A DNA stretch of 64,000 nt from Patescibacteria group bacterium. GTDB taxonomy: Bacteria; Patescibacteriota; Patescibacteriia; XYB2-FULL-38-15. The notes under the pieces are model-generated. The model was given only the letters and a program-made list of their open reading frames with translations. It was not told the DNA's origin and did not search any database. Position numbers and translations under genes: made by a program. Where the stretch lies: the NCBI GenBank assembly GCA_041653675.1, contig JBAZEY010000004.1, forward strand, positions 1,105 through 65,104, given 5' to 3'. Of this stretch, positions 38,903 through 48,570 are shown piece by piece (position 1 is the first letter of the stretch; each line of letters begins with the position of its first letter).

Positions 38903-38974
38903 ACAAAGGACGGCGTAACAAAATTTAAGCAAGAGATTCTTGCCTTTCTTAAATTTATACCTTAAAGTATTCAT

Positions 38975-39003
38975 ATTATAACACGTGAACTTTAGAAAAG
39001 CAA
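38975..39003 (-). promoter_or_regulatory. sigma70 promoter for tRNA-Val / lepB
   Basis: TTGCTT-17 nt-TATAAT with TG extension. Confidence 0.6.
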
Positions 39004-39121
39004 GTCGTTTTTATAAGTCGCGGCGGGCCTTATTTTAACTAGAAAAATGCTCAAATTTCGCCTTTTACAAAATTTGTTATATAATGGGAAAATAACAAAG
39101 AATCATTGACCCCTGAAATTA

Positions 39122-40570
39122 ATGAAAATTAATCTGCTAGAAAAAAATCCAATACAAAATCCGAAAAAGGGCTTGTCTATTTTCTGGAAATCAGCAATCG
39201 CCTGTGGAATCATCGCCCCTCTTTTTTTAGTCCAGACTACTTTTTTTAAGGGAAACTTTAATCCCTTTCTGAAAATTGGCGCAGCGCTCCAAACTTTTGA
39301 ATTTAGTAATATTACCGAATGGGTGAGCCAGATTGGGAAATTAATCCGGAGCGAAGATAAAATTCTAAAAGGAGAAAAAGATAATCGCGTGAATTTTTTA
39401 CTCCTGGGCATGGGCGGCGCGGGCCATGATGGCGCGTATCTTACTGACACAATGATTCTCGCGAGTTTTGATCCCAAGGAAAATAAAGTCGCGATGGTTT
39501 CTATCCCCCGCGATTTGGCTGTTCCCGTGCCCGGATATGGGCAGAGGAAAATAAATAGTATTAATGCTTATGCTGAAGCTAAAGAAGATGGCAGTGGCGG
39601 CGAAGAAACAAGTCAAGTCGTGGGCCAAGTCCTTGATATCCCTATACATTATTACGTGAGGGCTGATTTCCAAGGTTTTGAAACTTTAATAGACAAACTA
39701 GGTGGAATTTCTATATATGTTGAAAAATCTTTTGTTGATAACCAATATCCGACCAACGATGAAAAATATCAAACCCTGACTTTCGAAGAGGGCTGGCAGA
39801 CAATGGATGGTGACACGGCTCTGAAATTTGTCCGCTCCCGCCATGGTACAAATGGAGAAGCCTCTGATTTCGCGCGAAGCCGGCGGCAGCAAAAAGTTTT
39901 AGTGTCCTTAAAGGAAAAAATTCTTTCTTTCAGCACCCTCTTAAATCCGGTTAAAATTCAGGGTGTGTATGACGCGGTAAAAAATTCTATCGACACAAAC
40001 ATGGAAATGTGGGAAATTGTGAGAATGAGCCACTTGGCGCGGGATGTTGATACGGAAAAAATTATTCATCAAGTTTTGAGCGCCGACGAAGGAGGGCTCT
40101 TGGTCGCCGCGAATATTGACGGCGCCTATGTTCTAGAACCCCGAACGGGAAATTTTAGCGAGATACAATTTTTAGTAAAAAATATTTTTAATACGGCCTC
40201 AGAAATAAATTTTGAAGATAAGCCCGAACCGACCCGCATTGAAATTCAAAATGGCACAAAGATAACGGGTTTGGCTTCGCGAACCGCCGAAATGCTTGAT
40301 AAATTTGATTATAAAGTAACTAGGGTAAGTAATGCCGAGGAACAAAATTACGAAAACACAATTATTTATGATCTAACTGAGGGAGCAAAAAATGACGATC
40401 TCACCTTTTTAAAAACGAAATTAAATGCTGACGTCTCGCTCTCTCTCCCCTCTTGGCTTACAAATTCATCCGCCTCCGCGGAAGTTAATCTCTTTAATCA
40501 ACCTCCAGTTATCGCAAAAAATAATTCAACAGATTTTCTGATTATCCTTGGCAAAAACGCCACTTTTTAA
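39122..40570 (+). CDS. LCP (LytR-CpsA-Psr) family glycopolymer transferase with LytR C-terminal domain
   Basis: NFLLLG, LTDTMIL, SIPRDL, ALKFVRSRHG, SDFARSRRQQ, IEIQNGTKITGLA. Confidence 0.92.
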   Translation: MKINLLEKNPIQNPKKGLSIFWKSAIACGIIAPLFLVQTTFFKGNFNPFLKIGAALQTFEFSNITEWVSQIGKLIRSEDKILKGEKDNRVNFLLLGMGGAGHDGAYLTDTMILASFDPKENKVAMVSIPRDLAVPVPGYGQRKINSINAYAEAKEDGSGGEETSQVVGQVLDIPIHYYVRADFQGFETLIDKLGGISIYVEKSFVDNQYPTNDEKYQTLTFEEGWQTMDGDTALKFVRSRHGTNGEASDFARSRRQQKVLVSLKEKILSFSTLLNPVKIQGVYDAVKNSIDTNMEMWEIVRMSHLARDVDTEKIIHQVLSADEGGLLVAANIDGAYVLEPRTGNFSEIQFLVKNIFNTASEINFEDKPEPTRIEIQNGTKITGLASRTAEMLDKFDYKVTRVSNAEEQNYENTIIYDLTEGAKNDDLTFLKTKLNADVSLSLPSWLTNSSASAEVNLFNQPPVIAKNNSTDFLIILGKNATF

Positions 40571-40572
40571 CT

Positions 40573-41931
40573 ATGTTATTCACTATTGCTATTGTTGGCC
40601 GAGCCAACGTCGGCAAATCAACTCTTTTCAATCGCCTGCTTGAACGACCTAAGGCAATTGTCTCGAGCGTAGCCGGCACAACCCGCGATCGAAATTACGG
40701 CCAAGCTCGGTGGCGCGGCCGTGATTTTGTGGTAGTTGATACTGGTGGCCTTGAAGACGCGGCCTTGTATTCAGAAGATATTAAAAAGCAAGTAGATATT
40801 GCCATTGCCAAAGCCGACTTAGTAGTTTTTTTAGTTGACTTAAAAGAAGGCCTCATGCCGCAGGATCGCGCTATTTCCAAGCTCTTAAAAAAACTGAAGA
40901 AGCCCGTAATTCTCGTCGGCAATAAAGCAGACATGCCAAGGATTTTTGCCGAAGCGGAAAATAAAGAATGGCTAAAACTCGCGTTTGGCAAACCCCTGCC
41001 GCTTTCCGCCGCAAATGGCGCGGGAACCGGAGACTTGCTTGATAAAATTTTTGAATTTTTTAAAAAAGAAACGGCCGAAGAAGATTCGGAAAAAATTTCC
41101 GCCGTGCCTCCTATTAAAGTTGCAATTTTGGGAAAACCAAATGCTGGAAAGTCATCGCTCTTAAATTCCCTTCTGGGAGAAGAACGGGTTTTGGTAAGTG
41201 AGGTTCCGTTTACTACCCGCGAACCGCAGGACATGATTCTGCTTTATCGCGATCAGCCATTTTTACTGATTGACACCGTGGGTATGCGGAAAAAAGCCCA
41301 TGTTGCTCCGGGATTAGAAAAAGTCGGCGTGAAACGGAGCATCGCCGCCATGGAGCGGGCTGACGTTGTCCTTTTTGTGACCGAAGCCTCGGAACAAATG
41401 ACCTCTCAGGACAAACATCTTTCTGAATTAATTTTAGAAAAAAATATTGGCCTCATTATCGTCGCCAACAAATGGGATCTAGTAAAAAAAGAGGGGTCGC
41501 AAACCATGAATCTCTTTGTTAATTATTACAATCAATTCTTCCCCTATCTCGACTGGGCTCCCATTCTCTTTATCTCGGCCAAAACCGGAGAAAAAGTTCA
41601 TAAAATATTAGATCTTGTTTTAGAAATAAAAAATAAAAGAGAGAAATTTATCAAAGCCGAGGAATTGAAAAGTTTTTTAAGAGAAACGCTAGCCAAACAT
41701 TGGGCTGTTATCCATCACCGAAAAAAATCAGGCTTCGGCGCGCGGCCGAAAATTATTAGCCTTGTCCAGACTGGCGTAAATCCCCCGACTTTTCACCTCA
41801 TCACCACTTCCCGGGAAAAACTTCCTGATGCCTTTATAAAATTTATTGAAAATAAATTCCGCGAGCGTTTTGATTTTGTTGGCACGCCAATAAGACTTGA
41901 GGTAAGACAAATTAAGAAAAAAAATGCCTAA
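40573..41931 (+). CDS. der: Ribosome biogenesis GTPase Der/EngA
   Basis: Two G domains (GRANVGKS, GKPNAGKS), DTGG, NKWD, FDFVGTPI. Confidence 0.97.
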   Translation: MLFTIAIVGRANVGKSTLFNRLLERPKAIVSSVAGTTRDRNYGQARWRGRDFVVVDTGGLEDAALYSEDIKKQVDIAIAKADLVVFLVDLKEGLMPQDRAISKLLKKLKKPVILVGNKADMPRIFAEAENKEWLKLAFGKPLPLSAANGAGTGDLLDKIFEFFKKETAEEDSEKISAVPPIKVAILGKPNAGKSSLLNSLLGEERVLVSEVPFTTREPQDMILLYRDQPFLLIDTVGMRKKAHVAPGLEKVGVKRSIAAMERADVVLFVTEASEQMTSQDKHLSELILEKNIGLIIVANKWDLVKKEGSQTMNLFVNYYNQFFPYLDWAPILFISAKTGEKVHKILDLVLEIKNKREKFIKAEELKSFLRETLAKHWAVIHHRKKSGFGARPKIISLVQTGVNPPTFHLITTSREKLPDAFIKFIENKFRERFDFVGTPIRLEVRQIKKKNA

Positions 41932-41951
41932 ACGCCGCTACCACCAACAAT

Positions 41952-42524
41952 ATGAAACTCATTGTCGGCCTGGGTAATCCAGGCAAAGAGTATAAAAACA
42001 CAAGACACAACGCCGGCTTTGTTGTAATTTCGGATTTCGGGCTCCAGGTTTCAGATTTTTCCGATTGGAAAATAAACAAAAAATTTAACGCGGAAATTTC
42101 CGAAGGAAAAATCGGCGGCAAAAAAATAGTTTTACTCCGGCCACAAACTTTTATGAATAACTCCGGCCAAGCAGTCGCCGCGGCAGCTGGATTTTATAAA
42201 ATAAAACCGGCTGATATTTTAGTAATTCACGACGACATTGATTTGCCTCTTGGAAAACTTAGAATTAAAAAAGATGGATCTTCGGGAGGGCATCGCGGGG
42301 TAGAATCAATTATTACGACTCTTAACTCAAAAAATTTCACCAGATTAAAAATCGGTGTCGCGCCCGAGGCCAGACCGAAAAATTTTGACGCGGCTGATTT
42401 TGTTTTGAAAAAATTTATCAAGGCGGAAACAAAAAAAGTTTCTGAAATAACTAAAAAAGCAACCGAAGCGGTTGCCGTGATTTTGGCCGAAGGAACCGAC
42501 GAGGCCATGAACCAATTCAATTAA
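41952..42524 (+). CDS. pth: Peptidyl-tRNA hydrolase
   Basis: LIVGLGNPGKEY, TRHNAGF, PQTFMNNSG, HDDIDL, GGHRG. Confidence 0.97.
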   Translation: MKLIVGLGNPGKEYKNTRHNAGFVVISDFGLQVSDFSDWKINKKFNAEISEGKIGGKKIVLLRPQTFMNNSGQAVAAAAGFYKIKPADILVIHDDIDLPLGKLRIKKDGSSGGHRGVESIITTLNSKNFTRLKIGVAPEARPKNFDAADFVLKKFIKAETKKVSEITKKATEAVAVILAEGTDEAMNQFN

Positions 42525-42539
42525 ATTTTACTCATAACA

Positions 42540-42642
42540 CTGCCTGCCAGCGTAAAATTCGTTCCAAAAAGGAAAAAACCTTAACTTACGGCTACTTGTT
42601 AGATCAGGAGGGGTGATCATCGCTTTCGCCGCTGGCAGACAG
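42540..42642 (-). ncRNA. Candidate structured ncRNA of unknown family
   Basis: 13-bp closing helix CUGUCUGCCAGCG/CGCUGGCAGGCAG enclosing four hairpins; own upstream promoter; no ORF. Confidence 0.55.
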
Positions 42643-42671
42643 AGGTACAAACACAATTTAAATATCTTGAT

Positions 42672-42701
42672 ATCTTAACAGAAATTGCACCTTTTTGTCA
42701 A
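42672..42701 (-). promoter_or_regulatory. sigma70 promoter pointing at the candidate ncRNA
   Basis: TTGACA-18 nt-TAAGAT with TG extension, opposite in direction to both flanking genes. Confidence 0.6.
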
Positions 42702-42758
42702 GATCCTCACACTGAAATTTTAACGGCAATTTTTGACTTTAACCTAAAATATTTTCGC

Positions 42759-43859
42759 ATGATCCCCCAGGATGATTTAAAATATTGGGTCGCTATCTCC
42801 AGATATCCGAAAATTGGCGCGACTCGCCTTGTAAAACTTTTTAATTTTTTCCACTCTATGAAAGAAGCCTGGCAGGCTTCTTTTTCCGAACTGCGCCAAG
42901 CTGGATTGGACGAAAATATTGTCCACGATTTTTTGGCTCAAAAAATGACGGTGAATCCTGATACTGAATGGGAAAGATTAGAGAAAGAAGATATTAGTAT
43001 CATAACTATTAACGCTGAAAAATATCCAAAATTACTAAAAGAAATTTGGAACCCTCCCGCGATTTTATATGTTAAAGGCAGTCTTCCGCCTGACGATGAA
43101 TTTAATTTAGCCGTAGTTGGCACGAGAAAAATCAGCACTTACGGCCGGCAACTAACTTCTCTTTTAACCGGCGAATTAGTACAAAATGGTTTTAATATTA
43201 TAAGTGGCTTGGCTTTGGGAGTCGACGCGCTTGCTCATCAGACCACTGTGCGGCTCGGAGGAAAAACCGTAGCAGTGCTCGGCGGAGGCATAGACAATGA
43301 AAGTATTTATCCGGCAGGAAATCGATTTTTAGCTTCGGAAATCGTAAAAACCGGCGGAGCCGTAATTTCGGAGTATCCTTTGGGGGCAATCTCTATGCCT
43401 GGAAATTTTCCCCATCGAAACCGTATCGTTTCCGGCCTCTCTCTCGGTACGCTCGTTATTGAAGCAGCCGAGGAGTCTGGTGCCCTGATCACGGCTCGCT
43501 GCGCCTTAGAACAAAATCGCGAAGTTTTTGCCGTGCCGGGCAGTATTTTTAATCCCACTTCCGCTGGTCCTAATAAATTGATAAAAATGGGAGCCAAAGC
43601 CGTGACTGAAGTTAATGATATTCTAGAAACCCTTAATTTGGATCAAGCTGCTGATTTTACAAAAAACAAAAAACTCCTCCCCACCTCGCCGGAAGAAGCA
43701 AAAATTATCGAAAGTCTCTCTCCTGAACCAACACATATTGATAAGGTTATTTTGACCTCCGGACTTGACGCAGCCAAAGTTGGTGCTATACTAACGCTTA
43801 TGGAAATGAAGGGAATGGTAAGAAACTTGGGCGGAATGAATTATGTTATTGGAAAATAA
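42759..43859 (+). CDS. dprA: DNA-processing protein DprA
   Basis: AVVGTRK, ISGLALGVDA, FPHRNRIVSGLS, EAAEESGALIT; dprA-topA synteny. Confidence 0.96.
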   Translation: MIPQDDLKYWVAISRYPKIGATRLVKLFNFFHSMKEAWQASFSELRQAGLDENIVHDFLAQKMTVNPDTEWERLEKEDISIITINAEKYPKLLKEIWNPPAILYVKGSLPPDDEFNLAVVGTRKISTYGRQLTSLLTGELVQNGFNIISGLALGVDALAHQTTVRLGGKTVAVLGGGIDNESIYPAGNRFLASEIVKTGGAVISEYPLGAISMPGNFPHRNRIVSGLSLGTLVIEAAEESGALITARCALEQNREVFAVPGSIFNPTSAGPNKLIKMGAKAVTEVNDILETLNLDQAADFTKNKKLLPTSPEEAKIIESLSPEPTHIDKVILTSGLDAAKVGAILTLMEMKGMVRNLGGMNYVIGK

Positions 43860-43883
43860 ACAAAAAATTATAAATTATTATTT

Positions 43884-46094
43884 ATGAATTTAGTAATCGT
43901 CGAATCTCCGACGAAGGCAAAAACTATTTCAAAATTTTTAGGCAAAGACTTCCAAATAAAGTCTTCTTTTGGGCACCTGCGCGATTTGCCACAAAAAGAA
44001 ATGGGCATTGATATTGAACATAATTTTCTGCCCCATTATGTTGTCCCGCGCAAAAATCAAAAGACGGTGACTGATTTAAAAAAATCAGCCGCCAAAGCTA
44101 AATTCATTTACTTCGCATCTGACGAAGACCGCGAAGGAGAAGCCATCTCTTGGCACTTAACACAAATATTAAAGCCAAAAGCCGGACAAGCTCGCCGGAT
44201 TGCTTTTCATGAAATTACAAAAGATGCGATTTTGAAAGCGCTAGAAAATCCCCGCGACCTTGATCTTAATATGGTTGACGCCCAACAGGCTCGCCGAGTT
44301 TTGGATCGCCTTGTTGGTTATGAACTCTCCCCGTTTCTCTGGCGAAAAGTTGCCAAGGGTTTATCGGCCGGCCGCGTCCAATCCGTCGCCGTCCGCTTGA
44401 TCGTTGAACGCGAGCGGGAAATCCAAAAATTTGTGCCGGAAGAGTATTGGAATATTGAAGGAGATTTCCAAAAAGAAAATGCCGGTGAAAAATTTTCCGC
44501 GAAATTGAATAAAATCAATGACAAAGTTTTAGATAAATTTGCCATAAAATCAAAAACTGAAGCTGATAAAATCCTGAAGGATCTTGACGGCCGAAATTAT
44601 CGCGTTGCCGATATTGAAGAAAAAGAAACCAAGCGCACTCCCCCGCCGCCATTCATCACTTCAACCCTGCAGCAGGACGCCAACCGCCGCCTGGGATTTT
44701 CGGCAAAACAAACAATGCTTATCGCTCAGCAATTATACGAAGGTGCGGATTTAGGTAATGAGGGTTCAGTTGGTTTAATTACCTACATGAGAACCGACTC
44801 GGTAAATCTCGCGGAAAAATTTTTGTCTGAGGCGCGGTCATATCTTAAAAAATCTTTCGGCGAAAAATATTTAGCTCCAAGTTCGCGCCGTTTTACCACT
44901 AAATCAAAATTGGCGCAAGAAGCGCATGAAGCCATCCGTCCGACCGAAGCGGCGCGCGATCCGGAGTCCGTCCGCCCGTATTTAGATGATCATCAATATA
45001 AACTTTATAATTTAATCTGGCGGCGGGCTGTGGCTAGCCAAATGGCTGACGCGGCGTTAATCGGCACGGCCATAGACATTGAAGCGGAAAAATCCGATGC
45101 CAAAAATCAATATAGTTTCCGCGCGAATGGTTTGACTATAAAATTTGACGGCTTTTTAAAAGTTTACGGCACGAGTCAGGAAACAATTCTGCCGGTTTTC
45201 AAACTAAAAGAACTTTTGGAATTATTAAAATTAAATCCAAACCAACATTTTACCGAACCGCCGGCGAGATTCTCCGACGCCTCGCTTGTCAAAACGCTTG
45301 AAGAATACGGCATCGGCCGTCCGTCAACTTATGCCCCGACTATTTCCACGATTATTGATCGCGGTTATGTAGAAAAAATTGAAGGACGAAGATTAAAGCC
45401 CACGGAAATCGCTTTTACGGTGAATGATTTATTAGTGGAACATTTTCCCAACATTGTTGATTTTAAATTTACTGCTCGAATGGAAGATGATTTGGATGAA
45501 ATTGCCGAAGGAAAAAAGAAATGGGTCCCGGTAATTAAAGAATTTTATATGCCATTTAAAGAAAATCTTGATCAAAAGTATAAAGAAGTGAGCAAAGCCG
45601 AAGAGCCAACAAATGAAATTTGTGAAAAATGCGGATCGCCCATGGTTATTAAAACCGGACGCTACGGAAAATTTTTAGCCTGCAGCGGATTTCCCAAATG
45701 CCGGAATATTAAATCGTTGGGAAAAGAAGGCGGCGGCGAGCTTGAACCGGAAACGACAAATGAAATTTGCGATAAGTGCGGCGCGCCAATGATAATAAAG
45801 CACGGCCGTTTCGGAAAATTTTTATCGTGCTCAAAATATCCTGAATGTAAAAATATGAAGCCGCTCGTGAAATCGACCGGCGTCGCCTGCTCCGAATGTG
45901 GCAAGGGAGAAATCGTTGAGCGGCGTTCCAAGCGCGGCCGGACATTTTATTCTTGCAACCAATATCCAAATTGTAAATTTGCTCTTTGGTCAAAACCGAC
46001 CGGGGAAAAATGCCCGAAATGTGGAAGCCTAGTGGTTTATGGAAAAAACGATACGGTTGCTTGCTCCAATAAAGAATGCGATTATAAAAAGTAA
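43884..46094 (+). CDS. topA: DNA topoisomerase I with C-terminal Zn ribbons
   Basis: LVIVESPTKAKTI, DEDREGE, SAGRVQS, ITYMRTDS, GIGRPSTY. Confidence 0.98.
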   Translation: MNLVIVESPTKAKTISKFLGKDFQIKSSFGHLRDLPQKEMGIDIEHNFLPHYVVPRKNQKTVTDLKKSAAKAKFIYFASDEDREGEAISWHLTQILKPKAGQARRIAFHEITKDAILKALENPRDLDLNMVDAQQARRVLDRLVGYELSPFLWRKVAKGLSAGRVQSVAVRLIVEREREIQKFVPEEYWNIEGDFQKENAGEKFSAKLNKINDKVLDKFAIKSKTEADKILKDLDGRNYRVADIEEKETKRTPPPPFITSTLQQDANRRLGFSAKQTMLIAQQLYEGADLGNEGSVGLITYMRTDSVNLAEKFLSEARSYLKKSFGEKYLAPSSRRFTTKSKLAQEAHEAIRPTEAARDPESVRPYLDDHQYKLYNLIWRRAVASQMADAALIGTAIDIEAEKSDAKNQYSFRANGLTIKFDGFLKVYGTSQETILPVFKLKELLELLKLNPNQHFTEPPARFSDASLVKTLEEYGIGRPSTYAPTISTIIDRGYVEKIEGRRLKPTEIAFTVNDLLVEHFPNIVDFKFTARMEDDLDEIAEGKKKWVPVIKEFYMPFKENLDQKYKEVSKAEEPTNEICEKCGSPMVIKTGRYGKFLACSGFPKCRNIKSLGKEGGGELEPETTNEICDKCGAPMIIKHGRFGKFLSCSKYPECKNMKPLVKSTGVACSECGKGEIVERRSKRGRTFYSCNQYPNCKFALWSKPTGEKCPKCGSLVVYGKNDTVACSNKECDYKK

Positions 46095-46104
46095 ATAATA
46101 TCAT

Positions 46105-46134
46105 AAAACACCCCGCCACAAGCCGGGGTGTTTT
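46105..46134 (+). terminator. Intrinsic terminator after topA
   Basis: AAAACACCCCG-ccacaagc-CGGGGTGTTTT. Confidence 0.8.
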
Positions 46135-46155
46135 GATTTAATTATTATTGAAAAT

Positions 46156-46186
46156 AAAAAAAGCCGTTCACGCGAACGCGAACGGC
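46156..46186 (-). terminator. Intrinsic terminator after the orphan gene
   Basis: Minus strand GCCGTTC...GAACGGC-TTTTTTT. Confidence 0.75.
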
Positions 46187-46199
46187 ACTCCCTCACTCC

Positions 46200-46943
46200 T
46201 TACGGAAAGATGCGGTGGAAAAGTCGGTGAAACCGCCAGGCGACAACGAGGAACGGCCAGCGGAGCCATTGCCATCTCGTAACCGGAATGTAGAAATTCC
46301 AAAGGATGAAACTCGCCTGACACTCTTGCGAGCAAAACCCTAGCCGAGACAGCACTCCGTTCCACATAAGAGGACTCGCGTCGACCTCATGTCTTCTTCT
46401 TTCTTCCCTGGTTAGCCACCGACGAGCAAAAAGGTTATACCTTCTGAGCCGCCGGTAAACCAAAGGAGAACTCACGAACGGATAAAAGTCCGTCCCCGCT
46501 ACGGGCTTCCCACACATGCACGCGGTTTGCGCTTCCTCCACGGATTGAGGCGACGAACCCAGCGGTGGAAGGCGAATGTGCCACTTCTCGCACAGCGCGA
46601 CAGCATTCGGAAGCCTGCGCCGTTTGCCCTTGAACGGTGCGTCCATTCCTCTGGCAGTGTAGTTGACGATTCTCCGCGCAAGTTCCTTTGCGGTATGTTT
46701 TCTGGCAAGCCAAACTGCCACGAAGAAGATCACCACTACGGCGAGAACAAACAAGAACCCCTTGCCCTTGCCAAACCGTAGGACAAGAAAGATGCCCGCC
46801 AAACACCCGATGAGTCCCTCGACTAAGTGGGTGAACAACTTTTTCCAGTTAACTTTCTCTCCCTTGGCCCGATATCGTAGCACGTCGGACAGCGTGACTA
46901 TTACCACGTATACGATAGGAGCCATCAACCATTCAAACCACAT
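46200..46943 (-). CDS. Orphan membrane protein (about 3 N-terminal TMs; Arg-rich domain with CMCG...FCSQEC)
   Basis: 247-aa ORF with AAGGAGG SD and its own terminator; more GC-rich than its neighbours. Confidence 0.65.
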   Translation of the reverse strand: MWFEWLMAPIVYVVIVTLSDVLRYRAKGEKVNWKKLFTHLVEGLIGCLAGIFLVLRFGKGKGFLFVLAVVVIFFVAVWLARKHTAKELARRIVNYTARGMDAPFKGKRRRLPNAVALCEKWHIRLPPLGSSPQSVEEAQTACMCGKPVAGTDFYPFVSSPLVYRRLRRYNLFARRWLTREERRRHEVDASPLMWNGVLSRLGFCSQECQASFILWNFYIPVTRWQWLRWPFLVVAWRFHRLFHRIFP

Positions 46944-47011
46944 GACACCCTCCTTGTTGCTAAAAGACGGTCTTAAAGTAAAACTCTTTATAACAAAATT
47001 GTCAAGGGTTA

Positions 47012-47040
47012 TTTACAAATTCTTTATTTTAATCTAAAAT
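47012..47040 (+). promoter_or_regulatory. sigma70 promoter for rel
   Basis: TTTACA-17 nt-TAAAAT, 9 nt before ATG 47050. Confidence 0.6.
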
Positions 47041-47049
47041 TAATTTGCT

Positions 47050-48531
47050 ATGATAACGATTGATGATTTAATACAAAAAATAAAATTTTACGCACCAAAT
47101 GCCGACCTGGATTTGGTGCGTTTAGCTTTTGATTACGCCAAAAAGGCGCACAACGGCCAGAAGCGGCTTTCAGGTGAACCGTATATTAATCACCCGCTTG
47201 CTACGGCTATGAATTTGGCGGAAATGAAATTGCATCAAGATATTATCATCGCCGGCCTTTTACACGACGTCCCAGAAGAAACTCGTCCAGAAAATCCTGA
47301 AATCGCCCTTCGTGAAATAAAACATAATTTTGGCGAAGAAGTTGCTTTCATGGTTCGCGGCATTACCAAACTCGGAAAAATAAAATACCGCGGCATGGAA
47401 CGGTATTTGGAAAACTTAAGAAAAATGTTTGTAGCCATGGCCGAAGATGTCCGGGTAATTTTTATAAAATTCGCCGACCGATTGCATAACTTGGAAACGC
47501 TTAACGCCCAACCCCCGGCAAAACAAAAGCGTATTGCCATGGAGACAATGGAAATTTACGCTCCGATTGCGAACCGCCTTGGCATGGGAGAAATTAAGGG
47601 TCGACTTGAAGACTCTGCTTTTCCATATCTTTATCCTAAAGATTACGATAAATTAAAAAAAGAAGTTGCTCCCCGCTATAGAGCAAAAGAAGAATATTTA
47701 AAAAAGATAAGAGTAAAACTATTAAAAACTATAGCTAGCTTTTCCCTCGGCGCGCCAGGAGAAGGGTCTGAAATGCAGCGAGTTAAGGTTTACTCCATCC
47801 ACGGCCGAACCAAGCGTCTCTGGAGTATCTACAAAAAATTACAACAGAAGGGCTATGACGACCTTTCAAAAATTTATGATATCGTAGCGCTTCGCGTAAT
47901 CGTGGAAACCGTAGCTGAGTGTTATACAGTTTTAGGAATTATCCATCAATTGTGGAAACCCCTAAAAGGCCGCATTAAAGATTATATCGCCCAGCCAAAA
48001 CCAAACGGCTATCAGTCTCTCCATACCACTGTTTTCTGCGACGACGGAGAAATTGTAGAATTTCAAATCAGAACCAAAAAGATGCACGAGGAGGCTGAAT
48101 ACGGCATTGCCTCACACTGGTATTACGACGAGCAGGGTTCGATGCCTGTCGCGAAAGACTTGAAGTGGGTCAAAGAATTAACAAAATGGAAAAGGGAATT
48201 TGAAGAAAACCAAAAATATCTTGAATCATTAAAAATTGATGTTTTCCAAAATAGAATTTTTGTTTTCACGCCTAAGGGCGACGTTATTGATTTGCCGGAG
48301 AATTCTACTCCAGTTGATTTTGCTTACACCCTGCACTCCGACCTTGGAGATAAATGCACTGGCGCAAAAATTAATGAACAAATTGCGAAACTTGATACGA
48401 AGTTACAAAGCGGCGATGTTATAGAAATTATCACTGATAAAAATAGGAAAACTCCTTCCGCCGACTGGCTGAAATTTGTTAAAACCAATGCCGCCCGTCA
48501 TAAAATTAAAAGCCGCCTGAAGACGAAATAA
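47050..48531 (+). CDS. rel: RelA/SpoT homologue (HD hydrolase, synthetase, TGS; no ACT domain)
   Basis: HNGQKRLSGEPYINHP, LLHDVPEE, KFADRLHN, KDYIAQPKPNGYQSLHT, VFTPKGD. Confidence 0.95.
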   Translation: MITIDDLIQKIKFYAPNADLDLVRLAFDYAKKAHNGQKRLSGEPYINHPLATAMNLAEMKLHQDIIIAGLLHDVPEETRPENPEIALREIKHNFGEEVAFMVRGITKLGKIKYRGMERYLENLRKMFVAMAEDVRVIFIKFADRLHNLETLNAQPPAKQKRIAMETMEIYAPIANRLGMGEIKGRLEDSAFPYLYPKDYDKLKKEVAPRYRAKEEYLKKIRVKLLKTIASFSLGAPGEGSEMQRVKVYSIHGRTKRLWSIYKKLQQKGYDDLSKIYDIVALRVIVETVAECYTVLGIIHQLWKPLKGRIKDYIAQPKPNGYQSLHTTVFCDDGEIVEFQIRTKKMHEEAEYGIASHWYYDEQGSMPVAKDLKWVKELTKWKREFEENQKYLESLKIDVFQNRIFVFTPKGDVIDLPENSTPVDFAYTLHSDLGDKCTGAKINEQIAKLDTKLQSGDVIEIITDKNRKTPSADWLKFVKTNAARHKIKSRLKTK

Positions 48532-48567
48532 AAAATCACCCCACGGTAATCGCAGGGTGATTTTTTT
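48531..48567. terminator. Bidirectional terminator between rel and parB
   Basis: AAAAATCACCC...GGGTGATTTTTTT. Confidence 0.75.
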
Positions 48568-48570
48568 ATA

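Noticed and set aside
38978-38993. parS site (CACGTGAA core)
   Set aside because: Only about 10/16 match to TGTTTCACGTGAAACA, not palindromic, and inside a promoter.
42540-42642. SRP RNA, 6S RNA, hammerhead ribozyme or pth terminator
   Set aside because: No SRP domain IV motif, too short and branched for 6S, no CUGAUGA core, and no short stem with a U-tract on the plus strand.
46435-47037. Alternative ORFs overlapping the orphan gene
   Set aside because: Only 46200..46943 has an SD, a terminator and a coherent TM pattern.
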